From the NCBI RefSeq assembly GCF_009914755.1, contig NC_060925.1: a stretch of 64,000 nucleotides of DNA; one strand, 5' to 3'. Source of the stretch: the human T2T-CHM13v2.0 reference genome, Homo sapiens. How positions within the stretch are numbered: the stretch's first letter is position 1; every line of letters starts with the position of its first letter. The notes under the pieces were generated by a model. It was not told where the DNA came from, ran no database searches, and was given only the letters and a program-made list of their open reading frames with translations. The position numbers and the translations under genes are program-made. This document shows, in pieces, positions 43,720 to 55,023 of the stretch.

Positions 43720-44078
43720 CAGTCATGCACTACGTAACAATCAATGACAGACTGCACATGGACAGGGGAGCCACCCTATACATATATATCATTTTTAATC
43801 TTTCATATCATATTTCACTGTATCTTTTCTACGTTGAGATATATTTAGATACACAAATATTTACCATTGTGTTACAGTTGCCTACAGTATTCAGTACAGT
43901 AATGTGCTGTCTAGGTTTGTAGCCTAGGAGCAATATGCTGTGCCATACAGCCTAGATGTGTAGTGAGCTACTCCATCTAGGTTTGTGTAAGTACACTCTA
44001 TGATGTTTACAAAATGATAAAATTACCTAACAAGGCATTTCTCTGAAGATACCCCTGTTGTTAAGTGATGTTTGACTG
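43720..44078 (+). mobile_element. Tigger3a (Golem) MITE
   Basis: ta|cagtcatgc...ttgcctacagtattcagtacag...gactg|ta with TA target duplication. Confidence 0.9.
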
Positions 44079-44143
44079 TACTTTTAAAATCTTCACTATG
44101 GGTGTGAAGTAGAGATTTAAGGAATTAATTCTTTAAAAAACTG

Positions 44144-44284
44144 TTTTTTATTTTTTAGCTTTTTTGTAGAGATGGGATCTTGTTATGTTTCCCAGGCTGG
44201 TTTTGAACTCCTGGTCTCAAGCAATCCTTCCGCCTTGGCCTCCCAAATACTAGGCTTACAGAAGTGAGCCCACTGTGCCCAGCC
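44144..44284 (-). mobile_element. FLAM (free left Alu monomer)
   Basis: Single Alu left arm; flanks taattctt on both sides. Confidence 0.85.
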
Positions 44285-44647
44285 TAATTCTTACAATTCT
44301 GGCAGAGAAATAGTCATTAAAGTTTACTGTACTTTGATATGGCATTCTTGGGCAATAGTTCAGTTCAAAAAACATTCCTTGGGTAGCCACGATGTCCCAT
44401 GGCAAATTTAAAAATAAATAGTACCTGCCTTCAGAAATAAATTCTGTACTATTCCAGTGAAAATAAAATAAGTATGATGACATATATTATAAGAATTAGT
44501 AAGGCAATGCTATACCAAGGGATGGGGATGGACAATGGGAATGGTCCACCCCAGGTACAAGCGTCATCTGCAGAAAATGTAAAAACCTGACCACATCTTG
44601 GTTTACTTCTTATTATCACCATACAGTAGCAATTCTAAATGACAACT

Positions 44648-45134
44648 ATACTGGGTTGAATAGTGTCCCCCTCAAAATGTGCATCCTTCCCCGGACTTTG
44701 GAATGTGGCCTTATTTGGAAAAAGGGTTGTTGCAAATGTAATTAGTTAAGATGGGGTCATACTGGCATAGACAGGGTCCTTAATCCAATGACTGGTGTCT
44801 CTATTTTTTAATGGTGTCTTATTTCTCCAAATGAAGAAGAGGAAAAGAAACAGAGATAGACACAGACAAGGAGAAAATGCCATGTGATGACAGGGACAGA
44901 GACTGGAATAAGACGTCTATAAGCCAAGAAATGTCAAAGATTGCCAGCAACCATCTGAAGCTAAGAGAGCAGCAGGGAACAGATTCTCCCTCAGTGCCTT
45001 CCAAAGGAGCCAACCCTGTCAACACCTTGATTTCAAACTTCTAGCCTCCAGAATTATGAGACAATGGAATTTCTATTGTTTTAAGCCATCCAGTTTGTTG
45101 GACTTTGTTATGGCAGCCCTAGGATATGAAGACA
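44648..45134 (+). mobile_element. MLT1B/C MaLR solo LTR
   Basis: gggttgaatagtgtccccc...ccttatttggaaaaaggg...tttgttatggcagccctagga. Confidence 0.9.
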
Positions 45135-45509
45135 ATGACCGTTCCCAACACCCCACCTTCTTGCTACATCACTGATAGTAAAAATGTAACGTGGTCATTA
45201 TTAAAGTATAGATTGTAACTTATAGTTAGTAGACTAATAGTCTGGAAGTGGAGACAGACATGTAAATATGGATTTCAACACAGCGTGGTAAGTGCCATGA
45301 TGGAGGTGTGCACAGGCCTCTGTGGGTCACAGAGAAGGTCAGGGTTCAAGTACAGCTGTCCAGAGCAGTGCAGACAGTGCACTCAGGAAAACACAAATGA
45401 GTCCAGTTTGGCTGGAACGGATCATTCTGTGAAGGAGAAGAAAAGAGTGGAAAGAAAGGTGAAGCTCTGCTCATTGAAGGACTCTGAAAAATGGACATTG
45501 ATATGGTGC

Positions 45510-45770
45510 TTTAGACTCACTCATCAAAGTATAGTCTGTGGACCAGTAGATCTGGCATTACTGGAAGCTTGCTAGAAATGCAGATGCCACTCTGGGAAAC
45601 ACTGTGTAGTGCCCTACTCCTTCAAGTGTGGTCCTGCAACCAGCAGCAGCAGCAGCAGCTGGAGGCTTGTGAGAAAGCCAGCCCCACTCCAGACCTGCCA
45701 AATCAGAATCTGCACTGGGCAACAGGATGCCCAGATGATTTGCTTATACACCAAAGGTGAGAAGCACCGT
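45510..45770. mobile_element. Two adjacent MER5A fragments
   Basis: caaagtatagtctgtggaccag...tagaaatgcag and caagtgtggtcctgcaaccagcagc...aatcagaatctgcac. Confidence 0.75.
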
Positions 45771-46033
45771 TCCAGGGCATATTAGCCCTCTGCTGAGCCA
45801 TAATGAGAGGAAGTAAGTGGGTGAGAAGTTAGCTGAGGTGGGAGGTCTCAGAAGGTGGTGATACACTACGGCATGAGGGAACAGTATGAGCAAAGACATC
45901 GAGGTATAAAACAGCAGCTCAGTTTTATTGTACCAGGTACTGTGCTACATGCTTTCTATGCACTCATCTTTTGATCTCCATAGTCACCCGGTGTTTTTAT
46001 TCCAACAGATGGAGGGGCAGAAAGGTGGATAAC

Positions 46034-46311
46034 TGCTGGGTGCAGTGACTCATGCCTGTAATCCCAGCACTTTGGGAAGCCAAGGCAGGTGGATCACTTG
46101 AGCTGAGGAGTTCAAGAACAGCCTGGGCAACATGGGGAAACCCCATCTCTCCAAAAAATACAAAAGTTACCCGGGTGTGGTGATGTGCACCTGTAGTTCC
46201 AGCTACTTAGGAGGCTGAGGTGGGAGGATCATTGAGCCTGGGAATTGGAGGCTGCAGTGAGCCATGATTGCACCACTGCACTCCAGCCTGGGTGACACAG
46301 TGAGACACTGA
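46034..46311 (+). mobile_element. AluJ whose tail expanded into a purine repeat
   Basis: J-type right arm (ggaggatcattgagcctggg...gaggctgcagtgagccatgatt); degenerate TSD gaaaggtggataac (46020) / gaaaggagaatgac (46660). Confidence 0.92.
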
Positions 46312-46350
46312 GAAAGAAAGAAAGAAAGAAAGAAAGAAGAAAGAAAGAAG

Positions 46351-46382
<32 letters not shown>

Positions 46383-46429
46383 GAAAGAAAGAGAAAAAGA
46401 AAGAAAGAAAGAAAGAAGGAAAAGAAGGA
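46312..46429. repeat. (GAAA)n microsatellite
   Basis: Imperfect GAAA run. Confidence 0.95.
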
Positions 46430-46591
46430 TGGGGGAGGGGGGAGGGATAGCATGGAGAGATATACCTAATGCTAGATGATGAGTTAGTGGGTGCAGCGCA
46501 CCAGCATGGCACATGTATACGTATGTAACTAACCTGCACAATGTGCACATGTACCCTAAAACTTAAAGTATAATAATAAAAAAAAAAGAAA
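46430..46591 (+). mobile_element. Young L1PA (L1PA2/3-like) 3' terminal about 160 bp
   Basis: ggggagggggagggatagcat...gatgagttagtgggtgcagcgcaccagcatggc...aactaacctgcacaatgtg...acttaaagtataat; lacks the L1HS-Ta ACA and G diagnostics; candidate TSD GAAAAGAAGGA at 46419 and 46592. Confidence 0.92.
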
Positions 46592-48529
46592 GAAAAGAAG
46601 GAAGGAAGGAAAGATGGAAAGGAACGAAAGATGGAAAGGAAGGAAAGATGGAAAGAAACGAAAGGAGAATGACCAGCCCAGTGTCACTGGACACGAGGTG
46701 GGGATGTAAACTCAGGATTCCTCAACATCCTTCAAATACCCCAAGCCTTCATGCCTTGTGTAGCAGATTCCCTCTACAAGGAATTGCCTTCTTTATCTGT
46801 TAAATCTCATTCATTTTTCCAGATCCAGCTCCAAAAGTCACCTCCTGTGTGACCTCCTTCCCAGTTTCTCCCGTCGTTAGTTACATACTCTGTGATGATC
46901 CTGAACATCTCTTTCATACCACAATGATAGAATTTGTCATGGTCTGGCTTATTTGGTGCTCCCTCTGCTCTGTTCAACCCCAAATAGAAGGTGATGTTTT
47001 TGGAAGTGGAGGAGGCATGTCTCATTCATCTCAGTCTCCCTAGTGCCTAGTTTGGTGCTTCATGCCTAGTAAACACGAATATGGGTTTATTAAAGGTGGA
47101 CGTGGGTGCCAACTCTGGCTGCATTCCTTACCAGCTATATGACCTTGAGCACATTCCTTAACCTTTCGAGCTTCAGTATTTGCATCTATGAAATGGTGAT
47201 CATGAAACCTACTCATAAGGTTGATATGAGATATGTAAAAACGCCATGCACACTGCAGGGCACAGAGGAAGTGTGTGATAAATATCTTTTAAGGGATAGA
47301 ATAAATGAGTAAGCTGACCTGGTGTAAAAGCAGATGGTAATAATAAACTACTACCTATAGAGTCTGTACCAGGCACTATTTAGGGTAAATTATGTACATT
47401 ACCTCCCCATCCTTCAAATGCCACCTATTGTTATCATTATCATCATTTTATTTTAATAAGTAATTAAACTGAGTCCTATATAGGTTAAGAAGTTTCCTTA
47501 AGGTCAAAGAGAGAACCAGACTGGGACTCTGATCCAAGTGGGTCCAAAGTCTAAGCTGCTAGAAAAAAAAAAAAAAAACCCAAAAGGCTTGACAAAAGAA
47601 CCTCCCCATTGATATAGTGGCCCATCCAAAGATCACACCACTGTACCTTTAACCTCCAGAGATAGAACTGTTTTATCAAATTTTTACCAAAACCTCGAAA
47701 AAATCTGAACACTTTTTAAATTAGATTCCTCAATACTAGAAAAATACAGCTGTTAGCAGTCACATGAGACCTGGCTGTTCTTCATGAAATACAAGCTGTG
47801 TTAATGGGAGGTATGTTAAAGCTGTTTGTTGCTGTACAGCACTGTGTGTATAACTAAAACAGTCAGGAGCTAGCTTCCCACGTTCAATGAAATGTTTACA
47901 GACAGACAAGTTAATAGGCATAAAAGCTATATCCAAAGCATGAGTGATATTCTTTTGATGTCAGCTCCATGGAATCCTTCCTGTTACAGTAGTAAGAATT
48001 TTTTTAAGGAGATTATATTATAGAATCAGAAAGTGCTTTTCTTTACTGTATGCCATTCCTGTTTCTCAGTTATAAGGGAAATGAATTTAGAAGTTTAAAA
48101 AAATCAAATTATTTATCTTAGTGTTCCCTGAAGTTTGCAAACTGCTGAGCAATGTGGTGCTTTGCCCTACATTCTCCTCATTGAGTCTATCTGGGTAAAT
48201 TAATTACAAGACAATTCTTAGGAATTAAGTGTATTTTAAGTTCAGAGGCATCTGCTTAGAGACTTCTAATACCGCTAAATAGTCCCTTTGGAAATGCACT
48301 CGTTAGTATGAGTGGTATAATTTTCATTTCCGCTGGCACCATGGCGTATGACTTCTTCAGTTTCAGCTACCCTCTGATTGACCTGCCAAGGGCATAAACC
48401 ACTCTGAAGATGTTCCAGCACCATTTGTGCTTCTCCAGTAGGTATAAGAAACTGGATTGATTTGCTCTACATCAAGGAATAATTTAAAAGATAATTTTTC
48501 CTGGTTTTAATGTGGTACATTCTCTGTGT

Positions 48530-48532
<3 letters not shown>

Positions 48533-48570
<38 letters not shown>
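48533..48570. repeat. (CA)19 microsatellite
   Basis: Perfect run. Confidence 0.97.
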
Positions 48571-48574
<4 letters not shown>

Positions 48575-50599
48575 CCTGAACTTATAATAAGCTTATTGGG
48601 CAATAGAACAAAACAAATAAACATTTTCTTAGATAACAGATATTATATATGTCCTAAGGACATGAATTAGGAAAAAATCCATGGTGTGATTAATCCATTA
48701 TGTAAAATGAAAATGCATTTTTAAGTCGAATGCCAATAAGATGTTGGCAGGGAATGGAAGGGGGGGTACTTGGAACACAGAGAACTGAAATTTACATTTG
48801 GGATTCTTTCCTCCCCTCTGAAATGAGAATGTGGTGAGTTTTATCACTTGATTCTTGTGAATCTGCTGTGTTCTGGTTTGGAAGAATTCTGAATCAGGGT
48901 GATTTTAGGACAGCTGCTGTTTCCCAGGCTCAAAACAAATAGAAGCAGAGTGTGGCCAGCTCTCCATAATTCCCTCAGTTATCCTCGGCATGGCTCTGCA
49001 GGGGCATCCCTAGAAAGACACAGGAGAGCCACTCACCATTCAGCCACCCTGTCGACAGATCTAATTTGGAAAGATCAGGTGTAGAGAAAAGAAAACAGTT
49101 CTTCGAATAAAACAGAGGCCAAAAAAAAAAAAATGCATAAAATAATCAGAATTTTTAGATATACACAGAGCTGGCATTCAGTTACCTCCAGAAGCACAGT
49201 TGACCCTGTGGAATGTCATCAGGTCAATCACTTTCTGATAATGATAGTAAATGGACATTTATACAGAGCTTTAGTGTTTATAAAACATGTCTATATATGG
49301 TGTATATCATTTGGACCCAATAACAATCCCATGATGAAGGTTATTATTAGAACTATTAAGAACACAGTCTTTGGAGTCCTGAAAATTAGGTTAAAATCCT
49401 AGCCCTCAATGTACTAACTGGACCACCTTGGGAACTTACTTACCTTCTCTGATGCTGTAATAGGAATAAATGAGATCACATGGGGAAAACATTTTCCCAG
49501 TGCTTGACACTTGGTATGCTCACAATAACTGGTAGTAGTTGTTGTTGTTATTATCTACTATATTGTGTTGCCTGCTTCAGTGATTTCAAAAGCTCATTCT
49601 TTTCCAATCCAAAAATATATTTCTCAAAATGTGGCTTGGAAACCAGTTTCTGAACCTTCTTAAGCAAACATATGTATACGTTGAATGAATGAATGAATGA
49701 ATGAATGGAAAGAATTCTAGCTCAGGATCAACCAGAAAAAGTATAATGCATTGGGAAGTATTCTATTCATTCAGCAAACATTTATGTCTGAACTTAGTAT
49801 GGACCAGGAACTATCATAGGCCAGCACACTTAATCTTCTTAGCAATTCTATGAATTAGACATTGTCTTCTTTCACAGATTACAAAAACAATTAGTCCAAT
49901 AACTTACTTAACTTGCATAGAGACACACAGCCACTACATGACAAAGCCTGGGGTTGAAACCGGGTCTTTGGATTCTTGGTCCAGTGCTTATTCTCAGCAC
50001 CTTGGCCTCTTGATCCATCGCAAGGATGACACATCCTGTTCATTTCCACATGAGCAGCCTCCACATTGAGACACGATTTTTTTCTAAGCCTAATTCACTT
50101 GGCTATTCAGCATGACTCTTGGGTATATAAAGCTATGTCATATCTGATAACATAGTAAAAATGTTGATACAATTAATAAACCTTTATCTACAATATAGTG
50201 CAAATCATGGCATACAGAAAAAAATAAAGAGCTGACATGAACTCCCTCCATGATCCCCATTCTCATGCTTTCATACCAGCCACTCCCCACACCTTGCTTA
50301 CTGATTTAGAGGAAAAGGAGGAAAGAAGATTGACAAGAAAAAAGCTTAGAAAAGGAAATAGCTAACACCCATTCAGAACTGAGAACAGGTAATTAAAGCC
50401 TTCAAGAAAAGAATGGAACCACTGCTCACCAACTCCAGCTCTGAGTAAGACATATTCTCTCGTTGGCCATCTTATGGAACCTTCTACAACCTCATGGGCA
50501 AAGTGGGCTGCGGCAGTGGGCAATGTATTAAACAACTAATTAAGGTACAGTTGTTTTATAGTTGCTTTAGCCATTGCCTCCCAGTCACTTGCTTTACCT

Positions 50600-51460
50600 G
50601 TGTTAATTCATTCTTTCATTGCATCAATATATTTATGGAGCATCTTCTCCATATCTGGCATATAGTAAAAGTTAATAAATGTTTGCCAAATGCATTTAAT
50701 TCTTCCCATTGCAGTGAGCCAGATAAACCAGTCTCTACCCCCAAGGGACTGACAGTCTACTTTGGATAACAAGTATCAAACAAATAATTACACTAATAAT
50801 TACTTTCAATTGTATTAAGTGCTTCAAAAAAGAAGCACAGTATGTTAAGAGAGCAAATAATACATGACATTATTCTAGACAGGGCATAAAGGAAGACTTC
50901 CATGAGCAGGTGACATTTAAGCAAAGGAAGGGCACCAGCTTTAAGCAGAGAGTAGGGGCCAGGTCATTCCAGGCATAGGAGCAGCAAACCCTATCATGGC
51001 CTGCAAGGCTCTGTGACTTGGTCCTAGCTTCCTTGTGACCTCATCTCTTACCAGTCTCCCTTCAGTCACTCTTCTCAGTTCCACTAGTATTCTATTTTTA
51101 AAATACGTCAAATTTGTTCCTATCTTATGAGGCTTTTGCATTTGTTATTCCCTCTGCTTGGAATGCTGTTATCCCAGCTCTTTACGTAACTGGTTCCATC
51201 ATCTAGATCTCAGTTTGACATGTCCTGCTCCTAGAAGCCTACCCCATCCACCATATTGGATGCAGCCCCACTCCTACTCCACCAGTCACCATCTACCATA
51301 TCTCAATGTACTGGTTAACTCAGAGCATTTCTCAGTGCCTGATGACTTGCTTACTTGTTTATGTTTCTTTTTGCCAACTAGAAAATAAGTTCCATGAGAA
51401 TCAGAATCTTGTGTGCCTGACACAAAGTAATCAAGCAATAAAAATTGAATAAATGAATAA
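50600..51460. mobile_element. L2 fragments in both orientations
   Basis: Minus-strand piece (ggaagacttccatgagcaggtgacattt) then plus-strand piece (tttgttattccctctgcttggaatgct...taagttccatgag...tgaataaatgaa). Confidence 0.7.
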
Positions 51461-51712
51461 AGATTAGCATTTATGAAGACTCTATGTTGGAAAGGGATGT
51501 GACATCTTCTGGGACAGAAAGGTCAATGTGGTTAGGATATAGTTTAATGTTTAATTCAATAGTAATTGTTTTTCAAATGTATACGTCTGTGTGTACAACA
51601 TATATGTAGATAATTGCTCCTCAACCATATTTTAATCAGCTTGACAGTAATCACAGGTGTCTTCTTAGACATCGTACATGTCTTGCATATTGTAGCCACT
51701 CAACAAACTTTT

Positions 51713-51787
51713 TTTTATTATACTTTAAGTTCTAGGGTACATGTTCACAGCGTGCAGGTTTGTTACATATGTATACATGTGCCATGT
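51713..51787 (-). mobile_element. L1PA (about PA4-6) extreme 3' end, 75 bp
   Basis: ttattatactttaagttctagggtacatg...gtgcaggtttgttacatatgtatacatgtgccatg; perfect 18-bp TSD GCCACTCAACAAACTTTT at 51695 and 51788. Confidence 0.93.
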
Positions 51788-52974
51788 GCCACTCAACAAA
51801 CTTTTGACTAATTGGAAAAATAATTCTAGTCTGTTAAGGCATCACTATGTTATCTTTGCATATCAAATGTCAGCTTAGAAAGTGGCTTCCTATCATTATC
51901 TCAATGGATCATTCACTAATTTAGCCTTGCCAATGAACAGAGAGTTGATTGTACCAGCCCTAAAGGAGTGCACTTCTTTCTTTACAATTTGGTTCTGGGA
52001 TTTAGACAAGGCAGGGGAAGATACCCCTTGGTTACCCTAATTTTATACAGTGTGCCCTAAAGACTCAAAATAGAAATAGAATAAGCTCAGCAAATAGGAA
52101 TATATGTTTTGTTTGCTCTCTGAATTCTTGGGTAGGAAGGTATTGTTTCTCAGCACTAACAGATATTTTCCAACCTTCTTGCTTCAGCTGTTTGCCCCAG
52201 AAAGTAAGTGCTAGTGGGAAGACTGATAGTTAAATAATCAGGAATAGCAAAGTGTGGAAAAGGTATTTCATTTGCATGAAACCTTCTCCCCTCCAGGAGC
52301 AATTCCAGAGCTCCCTAACATACTGGTTTTGAAGCCCATGTGGTTTGAAAACAGAGCCTCCTAGGGGAATTTTACTGTAAAAGATCTCCCTGGGTCCCTA
52401 GGTCAGCTTTTTCCTGTTGGGCCCTCCAAAGCAAGACGGAGAACTAAGAAGTAATTGTCAGGTGGTTCTCATCCTTGCACATTCTACACTGGCAAAAACA
52501 CTCCATATGTTTAAGATGGCTGTCCAGGGTCAATTATTGGATTAATTTTGGGAGGAGAGATTGACAATCCACACAATCCTAGGACCTACAAATTCAGGTC
52601 CAAAAATAAAATTTTCCCTCTCTTAATTATAGAAAAACTGTCCATGGTAAACCTAGACTAGTTTGGCTAGAAATCCCTTAAAGTCAGGGACTATGTTTAA
52701 GTTTTCTTTGCATTAATCAATTAGCACAGGTCCTGGAAAGTCATACTTGGATAAATATTAATGAATGGTCATCAAAAATCTATCAATTTCTGCAAGATTA
52801 TGGTGTAAAAACAATCCAATCACACTAATTCAATGTCCTCCTAAACAGGTCATTAGATTGAGGAAAAATTGCAGCGGTAATAGATCTTGTCTTTATCAAG
52901 CTTTTGCAATTAGTACCTTTTGACATTGTTGTCAAGAATTTAAAAAATTAATCACCATGTAGATGAGCAAGTTT

Positions 52975-53390
52975 GTTAGGTTCTTTGGTTGTAAGCAAAA
53001 AAAAACTCATTCTGATTAATTTCAGCAGAAAAGGAATATATTGGAAAGGTACAATGTACAGAGAATCTACTGCATGGCTAAGGAAGCAGGTTTGGAACAG
53101 AAGGGCAGCTCCAAAAGTCTCTGTAGCAGGCTGCCTCTCAAATGAATGAACATCAACCATTTTTTTTTTCTGTTCTTACAACCCTCTGCTCAAGATTCAG
53201 AGTCCTACAAGAAGCAGACTGACTGCCCTAGTCCAGGTCATGGGCAAACCAAGGGGTAAAAGGGAATCTTGATTTACATTCCCATCAGCACTCTACACAG
53301 TGAGAGGTAATACCCAAAATAGCTATGGGGGAGGCTTTATTCAAAAGGAGAATGCTGTGAGGCTGAAAACCCACAAATGTCCACCATAGT
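52975..53390 (-). mobile_element. Old MaLR LTR (MLT1K/L/M-like)
   Basis: ttaggttctttggttgtaagcaa...aactcattctgattaatttcagcagaaaaggaatatattggaaagg. Confidence 0.65.
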
Positions 53391-53409
53391 GAATAAAGAA
53401 GGGAAAAAA

Positions 53410-53645
53410 GGAATTAACATTTCTTGGGCACTTGTATATACCAAGCACATCATGTGTGAATTACCTTATGCATGTATCTTATTTCATCCTCAGCTGTTCT
53501 GAAAGATGGGCATTTTATCCTCATTTTACAGATGAAGAAATTGAGGCTCAGAGAGATCAAGTGACTTGCCCAGCACCACCCACTTAATAAGCATTGGACT
53601 GAACATTTGGACCAAGGTTTATCTGATATCTGCACTATACTGCAT
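53410..53645 (-). mobile_element. MIR SINE
   Basis: cctcattttacagatgaagaaattgaggctcagagag...gtgacttgccc. Confidence 0.88.
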
Positions 53646-54367
53646 GTCTCAAGCTTAAATAATAATATGCATGGGTTGTTGTCAGCCCTGAGGGTATAAT
53701 AATTTTGACATTGTTGTCAAGAATAAAAAAAAAATTAATGGGATTCTAGGATGAGATTATAGAAAGACTGATTCTTACAAGAGAAAATTTAATGCTTTAT
53801 TTACTGACTTGGTTGGTGAAATAAAGTACATTTGCAAGGTGGGGTTAGGGAGAGAACACAGGACAGAGAATGGGAAACACAGAGTTCATGTCCTGGCTTT
53901 GCTACTTTATAGTCATGTAACTCTGGGGGTCTGAGGTGTGGGTTCTTCAGTTGAAGGTGGAGGACAATATTATCTAATGAGTACCCATGCACAGCCTTTA
54001 GCATTTCTACCAAGTTTCTTAACCTTTCTCAGTCTCTTTTTTTTAATGCAAGATAAGGATAATATATCATAGGAATTAAATGAGACAGCATGGATAGATC
54101 TTGAGTGCAAGTTAGAAGTGCACAGTAAGTGTCATTTCCTTTTCACCCTAAACAGTTCTCACGAGGATCAGAAAAGATAATGTATGCAAAAATGTTTTAA
54201 AAGCTGTAACATGCTATACAAATGTTAGTAAATATAACCAAAATGCTAATAACATCAAGTTAGGTAGGACAATTTAAAAACCAAACCACAATTTTTCAAT
54301 GGTTTGAAAATGACAGCATGGATATTCATTTGAATACAAGTTAACATTTTGTAGAGACAAATACAAA

Positions 54368-54715
54368 GTGTGGCAGAACATGGTTAACTGTTCACTAAAC
54401 TCAATTCCTCTTCCTCTCGGGTACGTAGCAAAACGAAAATTTCCAGGTCTCCTGTAGCTAAATACAGCCATGTCACTGAGTTCAGCAAATGAATATGGGT
54501 GTAAACTTAGCTCATACAAATCTCCCAAGTGCAATTCTTCATAGGCTTTTTTCCCAGCACATTTGGAAACCATGTATTCAGATTGCAGAGCCACAAGGTA
54601 AAAGGAGCCTGGGTCTCTAAATCCCTGCTTGCAGGAAACTATTGATCAAGGACATACGTTTTGACTTTACATAAGCAAAAACACAAGCACCCACTGCAGT
54701 AAATTACTGAGTTTT
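54368..54715 (+). mobile_element. MLT1J-like MaLR LTR
   Basis: tgtggcaga...ttcctcttcctctcggg...gccatgtcactgagttc...ggagcctgggtctct. Confidence 0.7.
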
Positions 54716-54802
54716 AGCATTTATATATTCAACATATGCATAATGTAGCATTACATATATGTTAAATATACATGTAATGTTACAGCCAACAATACATTAA
54801 CT

Positions 54803-55023
54803 CTGGGTTTCTCAACCTCAGCACTATTGACATTTTGGACTGGGTACTTATCTGCTTGGGGGGCTGTCCTGTGCATTGTAGGATGTTAGGCAGAAACCCC
54901 TGGCCTCTACACACCAGGTAACAGCAGCATCCCCCTTCTCCATGGCAATCAAAACTGTCTCCTGAGGAGACATTTTGCCAAATGTCCCCAAGGAGAAAAA
55001 TTGCCTGTGGTTGAGAACCACTA
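54803..55023 (-). mobile_element. MER20 hAT-Charlie element
   Basis: gggtttctcaacctcagcactattgacattttgg...ggttgagaaccact; 8-bp TSD cattaact/ccttaact. Confidence 0.93.

Noticed and set aside
46203-46550. Phe/Ser/Leu-rich ORFs resembling membrane proteins
   Set aside because: Translation of the (TTTC)n microsatellite, Alu and L1 tail.
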